From Candidatus Saccharimonadota bacterium (GTDB lineage Bacteria; Patescibacteriota; Saccharimonadia; Saccharimonadales; JAGQMS01), in NCBI GenBank assembly GCA_043719125.1, contig JAYSUL010000037.1, forward strand, positions 1-32,784: a DNA stretch of 32,784 nt, given 5' to 3'. A program made the position numbers and the translations under genes. Every line of letters starts with the position of its first letter. The first letter of the stretch is position 1. The notes under the pieces are model-generated. The model did not search any database. It worked only from the letters and a program-made list of their open reading frames with translations, and was not told where the DNA came from. Shown here in pieces: positions 15,644 to 23,001 of this stretch.

Positions 15644-17347
15644 CTACGAGCCGATTTTGACGGATACGCCGCCTATGTTTTTGGCAAAGTAGGAATCGTG
15701 GGAAATGTAGATTACCGCTCCTTGGTATTTAAGTAGGGCATTTTCTAACTCTTCGATGCTTGGTAGGTCGAGGTGATTGGTAGGCTCGTCTAGTATCAAT
15801 AGGTTCGGGGACCCAGCTAGCATACGTATAAGTTGTAGACGAGCCTTCTGTCCACCACTGAGGTTTGAGACTAGTGTAGAGGAGTCAGCGGCAGGATCAA
15901 ACAGGTAGTTGCTCATTGCTTGGCGTACCGCCTGCTCGTTCACTTGAACACCTTTTTCGTAGTAGATGTGCTCTACTGCCTGGAATAAAGTCAGTGGCAT
16001 AAGCTCACCTGACAGCTCTTGTTCGTATAAGCTCACTCGAAGTTCACGAGACGGGTTGATAATCCCTTTACCGATCAGAGTAGCTGGCTTAGCCCCGGCA
16101 GTAGTATCCATGATTGCCTTAACAAGAGTAGTCTTACCGGCACCATTACGCCCAATGATGTGTAGTTTGTCTGAGGCACGGAGTTGAAATGATAGACCAT
16201 CAAAAAGTGGTTCATTGTTGTAGCCCAATGACAGGTCGTGAACATCTATCAGTATGCCGGTGGTGTTGTCGTCGGTTGCTTTGAGTTTAATATTCTTGGC
16301 TTTGTATTTCTCATACTTTTCGGTGATTTTGGGATTGAGTAGCCCAGCTGATTCACGGTCAATCCAAAAGCTTGGTTTTTCGTGGGTATCCATTATTTCG
16401 CTCAGCTCTTTTTCGAGGCGTTCCTGGAGTACTACCCATTGGTTTTTGCCACTTCGACCAGTGTTACCACCGGCTTTGCTTTTAGCTTTAATCTTAGAGT
16501 AGCGGATCTGCTCCTTGATGTTTTCGATTCGTTTCTCTGTAGTTTCAAAGCTTTGCATCTGGCCAACAGTTCGTACGGAGTTTTGTACAAGGTAGGCGTC
16601 GTAGTTGCCGTTAAATGAATGATCATCGTAGTCTCTGAGCTCGATAATACGATCAACGATTTGGAGCACATCTCGGTCGTGGCTAATGACAATACAGCTA
16701 CAGCTTGTAGTCTTAAGCCAGTTGAGAAACACGTCCTTAGCGATATAGTCCATATGGTTTGTGGGCTCATCAAGTAGTGCAATACTAGGTTCTCCAATTT
16801 GGATAGCAATCAGATCAATAAGCCGTTTTTGTCCACCGCTGAGTGTGGAGAAATCTCTATGGAGAACATCGTGAGTTAGCTGATAACTACTGAGCAGAGA
16901 TTCAATCTCGTTTTCAATCTCGTAGTATCCTTTATCGCTAAAATCTTGGAGTGCTTCTGCAAATATATTTTGCATATGAGCATTTTCGCCCATCTTTTCT
17001 GGGTAGGTATCAATGATTTCCTTGAGCTCGGCAAACTTTGGCAGGCGTGATGATATGTAGGCAAGCGTCGAAATTCCTTCAAGTCCATGGTGTTCCTGCA
17101 TAGTCGCCATAACGACAGCAGATTTTGGTATTTCGACTTTACCATCAAAATCACTATCAAATCCAAGGAGTATTTTAAATAACGTAGTTTTACCCGTACC
17201 ATTACGCCCAATAAAGCCTAACTTTTCATTATCATTTAAGCGTAGCTCAAAATCTCTAAGCAAAAGCTTCGATCCGGCTGTTTTTTCGAAAATATGAGTA
17301 TATAGCACCAGACAAGTATAGAGTAAAAGCCCCAAAGAAGTAAGCAT
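15644..17347 (-). CDS. ABC-F family ATPase (two tandem ABC domains, no TM; translation-factor type)
   Basis: Two Walker A motifs (GRNGTGKTT, GRNGAGKTT), two signatures (LSGGQKRL, LSGGQKAR) and a basic inter-domain linker are present. The start is uncertain: ATG at 17380, ATG at 17347, or GTG at 17308. The GTG gives the canonical ABC-F N-terminus and lies 6 nt after a TATACT. Confidence 0.9.
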   Translation of the reverse strand: MLTSLGLLLYTCLVLYTHIFEKTAGSKLLLRDFELRLNDNEKLGFIGRNGTGKTTLFKILLGFDSDFDGKVEIPKSAVVMATMQEHHGLEGISTLAYISSRLPKFAELKEIIDTYPEKMGENAHMQNIFAEALQDFSDKGYYEIENEIESLLSSYQLTHDVLHRDFSTLSGGQKRLIDLIAIQIGEPSIALLDEPTNHMDYIAKDVFLNWLKTTSCSCIVISHDRDVLQIVDRIIELRDYDDHSFNGNYDAYLVQNSVRTVGQMQSFETTEKRIENIKEQIRYSKIKAKSKAGGNTGRSGKNQWVVLQERLEKELSEIMDTHEKPSFWIDRESAGLLNPKITEKYEKYKAKNIKLKATDDNTTGILIDVHDLSLGYNNEPLFDGLSFQLRASDKLHIIGRNGAGKTTLVKAIMDTTAGAKPATLIGKGIINPSRELRVSLYEQELSGELMPLTLFQAVEHIYYEKGVQVNEQAVRQAMSNYLFDPAADSSTLVSNLSGGQKARLQLIRMLAGSPNLLILDEPTNHLDLPSIEELENALLKYQGAVIYISHDSYFAKNIGGVSVKIGS

Positions 17348-17433
17348 GCTATTGCTTCGGTGACATACAGTACTAGTCATGCTATAGTAGATCTCCTAGG
17401 GCAGTAGCCAAATGGCCGCTCCGTAGTGATCTT

Positions 17434-18138
17434 ATGTTTGTGAAATCAAAGCATGCGCGAAGTGTATCGATTAGTACCCTGATGAGGGCTATTTTTTATT
17501 CGTATATAGCACCCAGCAACGGTTATCTACTAAAACTCAGAGCGAGATTTGGCCACAATGTTCGATTGGTACTCAATACCGAAATTGCGCTCAAGGTAGT
17601 GTTAAAGAATCTTCCAGATAGACACCCAGGTATGGGTATAGTAATCGAACGGGGGCTCGTGAGGCGTTTTGGCAAGATTATTGAAAACCTTGGCCTCCAT
17701 CCGATCGTATATAACGGAGAAAAAGAACTACTGGTACAATCTGCGGGTAATAGGGTACTTGCGGTAATTATTCCCGATAACTACCATGCCATGACACAGA
17801 GAAATAAGAACAAGTTTGAAAAAACCGATCCTATAAAAATTATCTACCAAAATCGTCGGCGTCCAAAAAGCGTTGAGCTCACACATGACATATACATATG
17901 GGAAACTAGACTACTACCGCGAACAGTCAGCGGTTCAGTGGTAGTGTTGTATAACGATACATTAGACGGCGTAAGGGATGCTCTCAGGAACGCAAATACT
18001 TCAAAGTTGAAGCTTCCTTCCACAGCATTTATAAAAGAAATATATTGGGCTACAAAAGGATATGAAAATAAGTACCGCCGCGTAGATAAAAGTCCGCCAA
18101 AGATTTTAGCTCGTATGCTGTATGATTTCTATAAATGA
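17434..18138 (+). CDS. Hypothetical protein (234 aa, basic, no recognisable motif)
   Basis: It is a long ORF whose stop overlaps the rsmE start (ATGA), which suggests co-translation. The start codon choice is uncertain. Confidence 0.5.
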   Translation: MFVKSKHARSVSISTLMRAIFYSYIAPSNGYLLKLRARFGHNVRLVLNTEIALKVVLKNLPDRHPGMGIVIERGLVRRFGKIIENLGLHPIVYNGEKELLVQSAGNRVLAVIIPDNYHAMTQRNKNKFEKTDPIKIIYQNRRRPKSVELTHDIYIWETRLLPRTVSGSVVVLYNDTLDGVRDALRNANTSKLKLPSTAFIKEIYWATKGYENKYRRVDKSPPKILARMLYDFYK

Positions 18139-18839
18139 TACACAGATTTTATACAGGTACCACCAAAGATAGGGGTGGGGAAATTGCTCTCACTCATGAT
18201 ATGTGGGTAAATGATAAGGGGCTAGTAAATCAGGTGCTTCGAGTGCTTCGGATGCGTAGTGGGGAAGAAGTAGTTTTGTTTAATGGAGAAGATAAGGAAG
18301 TGTTATACCGGATAACAGAAATTGAGCCTCTCGCATTGAGACTACAAAAAGTAACTGACCTTACCCCTAAAAATCCGGAGCGCAATGTTATTTTGGCATG
18401 GAGCTTACTTAAAAAAGACAAAAATGACTGGGTGCTTCAAAAGTGCACGGAGCTCGGTGTCTCGCATTTTTTACCAATGATCACAGATCGTACGGAGAAA
18501 ACTGGTTTTGATGTAGATAGGGCGCATAAGATAGTCGTTGAGTCAATCGAGCAAAGTGGTAGACATATGATCCCGCTCATAAATGAACCACAAGGTATAA
18601 AAGATGTGATAGGTCAGTATCATGAACGTACGCCTATTTGTGTAGCCGATATGGCTGGTGAGCTATATGATGATGACGGCAGTCATGAGGTGGTCGTACT
18701 CGTAGGACCAGAGGGTGGTTGGTCTGATAAAGAGCGTGAGTACTTCGCAGAAAAAAATATCCCTCATATTAGCATTTCTGACTTTATCCTCCGTGCTGAA
18801 ACGGCCTGTTTATCGGCAGTGAATTTGTTGGTATCGTGA
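18135..18839 (+). CDS. rsmE: 16S rRNA (uracil1498-N3)-methyltransferase RsmE
   Basis: It has an N-terminal HRFY, a PUA-like N-domain and a SPOUT C-domain (VLVGPEGGWSDKE, LRAETA). Confidence 0.85.
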   Translation: MIHRFYTGTTKDRGGEIALTHDMWVNDKGLVNQVLRVLRMRSGEEVVLFNGEDKEVLYRITEIEPLALRLQKVTDLTPKNPERNVILAWSLLKKDKNDWVLQKCTELGVSHFLPMITDRTEKTGFDVDRAHKIVVESIEQSGRHMIPLINEPQGIKDVIGQYHERTPICVADMAGELYDDDGSHEVVVLVGPEGGWSDKEREYFAEKNIPHISISDFILRAETACLSAVNLLVS

Positions 18840-20083
18840 TGTACGACCTCATTGTTATAGGTGGAGGTGCGTCGGGGATGATGGCAGCGGGCCGTGCGGC
18901 CGAGCGCGGACTCAAGGTACTATTACTTGAAAAAAACTATATTCTTGGGGAAAAAGTCCGTATTTCAGGTGGCGGACGCTGTAATATAGCAAATGCTGAA
19001 GAAAACGAGCGTGTACTTCTGAGCAATTATGGCAAGTCCGAGCAGTTTTTGTATTCGTTGTTTTCGCAGTTTGGTATGAAGGACACGTTTGAGTTTTTTG
19101 AGAGTAAGGGGCTTAAGCTCAAAATTGAGGCCAAGAATCGAGCGTTTCCTGTTAGTGATAACGCAAATGATGTCGTGACAGTTCTCGAAAAATACATGGC
19201 TAAACACGGTGTCGATGTACGCACAGACACAGAAGTAAAGACAGTTATCCAGGATGGCAAAATGATTCGAGGTATACGTACGCAGAGTACAGTGTTTGAA
19301 GCCCATGATTATCTATACGCAACCGGTGGTGTTTCTAGGCCAGAGACGGGCTCTACGGGCGATGGTTTTGGCTGGCTTAGGTCGCTAGGCCATACCGTAG
19401 CTAGCCCAACACCGACCATTGTCCCCCTATCCGTTAGTGATAAATGGATCACTTTGCTCGCAGGCATCACGCTTCCTGCAGTACGGTTGACGTTCTTTAT
19501 GGACGGGGTAAAGCAGTTCAGGGTTGATGGTGATGTGCTCTGTGCGCATTTTGGGGTGACGGGGCCGACTATTCTCAATAGTGCTCATAAGGTCGCAGAT
19601 ATTATAAAGTATGGGGAAGTGACGGCAACTATCGACCTATTTCCAAAGTTGGATGCCGGGCAACTCGAAAGACAGATCATCGAACTGTTTGATACAAACA
19701 AAAACAAGGACTTTAAAACGGTTCTTCGCGCCATTGTACCAACTGGCACTCATAAGGGCATAGTAGAGTTTTTTGCCGGCATGATGGATATTGATCAAAA
19801 GGTACATTCGTTCAGCAAAGATAACCGAAAGTTACTTGTACAATCCCTAAAGGCTATGCCGATCAAAGTAAATGGTCTCATGGGATTTAGCAGAGCGGTT
19901 GTTGCTGACGGTGGTGTAGCTTTAAGCGAAGTTGACATGCGCACCATGCGCTCCAAGCTGGTAGCCAATCTACTTGTCACGGGTGACTTGCTGCATATTA
20001 GCAGACCATCTGGTGGCTTTTCTTTGCAACTCTGCTGGTCAACTGGCTGGGTAGCTGGTTCAAACGCAGGTCCTAAATTGTAA
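18836..20083 (+). CDS. HI0933/BaiN-like FAD-dependent oxidoreductase (aminoacetone oxidase family)
   Basis: The dinucleotide fold is DLIVIGGGASGMMAAGRAAERG. ISGGGRCN and ATGGVS are typical of the HI0933 family. Confidence 0.85.
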   Translation: MMYDLIVIGGGASGMMAAGRAAERGLKVLLLEKNYILGEKVRISGGGRCNIANAEENERVLLSNYGKSEQFLYSLFSQFGMKDTFEFFESKGLKLKIEAKNRAFPVSDNANDVVTVLEKYMAKHGVDVRTDTEVKTVIQDGKMIRGIRTQSTVFEAHDYLYATGGVSRPETGSTGDGFGWLRSLGHTVASPTPTIVPLSVSDKWITLLAGITLPAVRLTFFMDGVKQFRVDGDVLCAHFGVTGPTILNSAHKVADIIKYGEVTATIDLFPKLDAGQLERQIIELFDTNKNKDFKTVLRAIVPTGTHKGIVEFFAGMMDIDQKVHSFSKDNRKLLVQSLKAMPIKVNGLMGFSRAVVADGGVALSEVDMRTMRSKLVANLLVTGDLLHISRPSGGFSLQLCWSTGWVAGSNAGPKL

Positions 20084-20128
20084 TTTCTACCCTTTACGCT
20101 TCCGCCTAAACCCTATAGGCTAGTAGTT

Positions 20129-20917
20129 ATGGCTTGGCAAAAATACGACTCTACTTACACACCCGGGCAAAAGACTGCCTATAAAATATCTCGGTCAAAG
20201 ATCGATTTCTTCTTGGAATGTCCAAGATGTTTTTGGCTTGATAGGCGACTCGGAATTAAGCGCACAAGTATACCGTCATTTCTGATTAATCAGGCAATAG
20301 ATGATCTTCTTAAAAAAGAGTTTGATATATATAGAGCAAAAGGTGAGCCACATCCATACATGGTTAAGGCGGGGGTTGATGCGGTTCCGTTCCAGCACCC
20401 CAAGTTAGATGATTGGCGCCATGTTTTTACCGGCGTACAGTACCTACACGAACCAACTAATCTATTAATCTTTGGTGCGGTTGATGACCTATGGGTCACG
20501 AAGGGCAACGAAGTCATTGTTGTCGATTATAAGGCAACCGCCAAGGATAAAGAGATTACTGATCTTGATCCTAGTCCAGGCTGGCACGATGCATATCGTA
20601 AGCAGATGGAGATATATCAGTGGCTACTGCGCGGTAATGACCTAAAGGTGTCCGATACAGGGTATTTTGTGTACGCGAATGGTGATGCAAGTGAGCCCTC
20701 GTTTAACGAGGTTGTTAAGTTTAGGGTAAATACATTTCCATACATTGGTGACTCTAGCTGGGTAGATCAGGCGATCGTTGATCTTAAGGCCTGCTTAGAG
20801 GGGGATATACCCGCTGTTGGCATGGGGCAACTTGGTAAAGGTTGTGAGTTTTGTTCTTATGCCAGACAACGTACTGAGATGACACTCAAAGCAATTCAGG
20901 CAAAGAAAAAGAACTAG
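20129..20917 (+). CDS. PD-(D/E)XK (RecB/Cas4-like) nuclease family protein with CxxC...CxxC cysteines
   Basis: Motifs are GAVDDL, VVDYKA (D/ExK) and QMEIYQWLL (QxxxY). Cysteines occur as N-terminal CPRC and C-terminal CEFC. Confidence 0.75.
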   Translation: MAWQKYDSTYTPGQKTAYKISRSKIDFFLECPRCFWLDRRLGIKRTSIPSFLINQAIDDLLKKEFDIYRAKGEPHPYMVKAGVDAVPFQHPKLDDWRHVFTGVQYLHEPTNLLIFGAVDDLWVTKGNEVIVVDYKATAKDKEITDLDPSPGWHDAYRKQMEIYQWLLRGNDLKVSDTGYFVYANGDASEPSFNEVVKFRVNTFPYIGDSSWVDQAIVDLKACLEGDIPAVGMGQLGKGCEFCSYARQRTEMTLKAIQAKKKN

Positions 20918-21255
20918 TGCTTGTTTTTGTGCTGGGCAGCTTCATTAGCCGCCACCATTAACGGATCACGCATACCACCTCTGTCGTATGGTTTCTTGAT
21001 CGCAAAAAAGTATATGACACCACCTATATTTCCAACAACAAGCAGTAAGACTATCCACATGACTCTGTCCTTGACATCATTATGCTGAAGTACGTGAACG
21101 AGAGAGATAATCCAAAGCACGATTCCTGCGATACCGAGAGCCATAACAGCTAGCCAAAAAACGACAAAAAATAGTCCAACACCAAGTCCTAAAGCGGCGC
21201 CCGCTGCTTCCTCACCTGAGCTACTTTGCGCGAACAATGAGATCGTATTTAACAT
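20914..21255 (-). CDS. Small membrane protein with a PLD-nuclease N-terminal (PLDc_N) domain
   Basis: Two or three TM helices are present. LWIISLVHVLQHNDVKDRVMWIVLLLVVGNIGGVIYFF resembles PLDc_N. It converges on the nuclease gene and they share a CTAG tetranucleotide as both stop codons. Confidence 0.65.
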   Translation of the reverse strand: MLNTISLFAQSSSGEEAAGAALGLGVGLFFVVFWLAVMALGIAGIVLWIISLVHVLQHNDVKDRVMWIVLLLVVGNIGGVIYFFAIKKPYDRGGMRDPLMVAANEAAQHKNKH

Positions 21256-21287
21256 AAACCCCTATCCTCATTTACTTGTAGGTACTA

Positions 21288-21293
21288 TATACT
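21288..21293 (+). promoter_or_regulatory. -10 element (TATACT) 6 nt upstream of the serS ATG; putative leaderless promoter
   Basis: ACTATATACTAAAATCATG has no Shine-Dalgarno. The same 11-mer, ACTATATACTA, and the same spacing occur at the M23 gene. Confidence 0.35.
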
Positions 21294-21299
21294 AAAATC

Positions 21300-22556
21300 A
21301 TGATAGATATCCAAAACTTACGAAAAAACCCAGACCATTATCGACAAAAATCTAAGGAAAAAAACATATCTGTTGATGTAGATAGGCTACTAGAAGTCGA
21401 TAGTCTTCGACTTGACGCCCTCCAGCTCGTAGAGGCACTCCGGGCAAAGAAGAACGCCAACGCTGAAAGCATGAAAGCTTCAGCCAGCACTGGTAAGCCA
21501 GATCAGTCACTTATAGACGAAGGTAAAAACATAAAAATAGAGTTATCAGAGCGGGAAAATATCCTTGGTGGACTTGAGAGTGAATGGCAGCAGCTCGTCT
21601 CAAGTGTGCCAAACCCTGCATCTGATGATGTGCCTGTTGGTGATGAGTCACTTTCCGTTGAAATCAAGACATTTGGTGAAAAGAATTCAGGAGCAATTGA
21701 CCACCTTGATTATGCAACGGATAGGGGTTGGGTTGATTTTGAGCGTGGTGCTAAAGTCGCGGGTGCAAAGTTTTATTTCCTAAAGGGTGATCTCGCACTA
21801 CTAGAAAACGCGGTTGTACAGTACGCACTAGAGCGCATAACGGCTAAAGGCTTTACGTACATGACTGTTCCACACATGGTAAATGCGCGTACTGCTACGG
21901 GTACTGGTTTTGCTCCAAGGAGCACAGATCAATCAGATGAGTACTACATCGAAGGAGAAGATCTATCACTAATCGCTACCGCCGAAATGCCGATGACCGG
22001 TTACCACGCCGACGAAGTTATAGACGAGAAAGAACTACCAATCCGTTATGTTGGGTATTCACCGTGCTACCGTAAAGAAGCAGGTACCTACGGTAAGCAC
22101 ACAAGGGGACTATTTAGGGTACACCAGTTTAATAAACTTGAAATGTACGCCTATACACTACCCGAAGAGAGCACTAACATGCATGAGGAAATATTGGGTA
22201 TTGAGGAAGAGATCTGGCAGGCTATTAATATCCCGTATCACATTATCAATATCGCATCAGGAGATCTTGGCGCACCGGCAGCAAAGAAATACGATATTGA
22301 GTATTGGTCGCCAGTAGAGCAAAAGTATCAGGAACTTACAAGTTGTTCGAATTGCACGGATTTTCAAACAAGAAACCTCAATATTAGGGTGCGTAGATAT
22401 GACGGTACTGTTGAAATGCTTCATTCGCTCAACGGTACGGTTGTTTCGATGGCAAGAACACTCATTGCTATTATCGAGCACTACCAGCTACCAAACGGCA
22501 AATTAAAAGTTCCTGAAGTTATACAAAAATATATGGGAGGAAGAACCGAGATATGA
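21300..22556 (+). CDS. serS: Seryl-tRNA synthetase
   Basis: It has an N-terminal coiled-coil arm and a class II core (FRVHQFNKLEMY, TSCSNCTDFQTRNLNIR, HSLNGT). Confidence 0.95.
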   Translation: MIDIQNLRKNPDHYRQKSKEKNISVDVDRLLEVDSLRLDALQLVEALRAKKNANAESMKASASTGKPDQSLIDEGKNIKIELSERENILGGLESEWQQLVSSVPNPASDDVPVGDESLSVEIKTFGEKNSGAIDHLDYATDRGWVDFERGAKVAGAKFYFLKGDLALLENAVVQYALERITAKGFTYMTVPHMVNARTATGTGFAPRSTDQSDEYYIEGEDLSLIATAEMPMTGYHADEVIDEKELPIRYVGYSPCYRKEAGTYGKHTRGLFRVHQFNKLEMYAYTLPEESTNMHEEILGIEEEIWQAINIPYHIINIASGDLGAPAAKKYDIEYWSPVEQKYQELTSCSNCTDFQTRNLNIRVRRYDGTVEMLHSLNGTVVSMARTLIAIIEHYQLPNGKLKVPEVIQKYMGGRTEI

Positions 22557-22915
22557 AACTAGAAATAGATGGCACACACAACCTAGGTAACAGAGACATT
22601 GTTAAGTATATAAACAAAAAGTTTGGTTCGCTCGACAAATATATTCCTCGCCATGCCAGAATGACTGCTCATGCAGAAGTAAAACTACGAGAGCAAAAAG
22701 TAAAAGATAAAAAAGAGTGTATGTGCGAAGTAGTGCTTCACTTGCCGGGTGAGAATATCACCGCAAAAGAAGCTACCATGAACATGTTTGCGGCTGTTGA
22801 TATTGTCGAAGAAAAGCTAAAGTCCCAGCTAAGGAAATACAAGGACAAACACAAAAAGTCCAAGCATAGTACCATAAAGCGTATTTTACGACGTTTTCGC
22901 TCTAGCGAAGAGTAG
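22553..22915 (+). CDS. hpf: Ribosome hibernation/translation inhibition factor (short HPF/RaiA type)
   Basis: It is 120 aa. Sigma-54 modulation protein/S30EA-like sequence is present (KYIPRHARMTAHAEVKL, NMFAAVDIVEEKLKSQLRKYKDK). It overlaps the serS stop (ATGA) and precedes secA, as in Firmicutes. Confidence 0.85.
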   Translation: MKLEIDGTHNLGNRDIVKYINKKFGSLDKYIPRHARMTAHAEVKLREQKVKDKKECMCEVVLHLPGENITAKEATMNMFAAVDIVEEKLKSQLRKYKDKHKKSKHSTIKRILRRFRSSEE

Positions 22916-23001
22916 TCGCCCTAAGGTATAATATATTCCAGATCTATACCGATAGCGGAGTGGGGTTTACTACTATAAGGTTTCCGAGGGGTTTTATATA
23001 C

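Noticed and set aside
15498-15692. 64-aa + strand ORF in the convergent spacer.
   Set aside because: There is no SD or promoter. It overlaps the 3' end of the ABC-F gene. Its composition is unremarkable and it has no motif.
22960-23001. GTG start at 22960 for secA.
   Set aside because: The ATG at 23002 has a GAGGGG Shine-Dalgarno at the correct distance. The 14 extra residues (MGFTTIRFPRGFIY) have no SecA counterpart.
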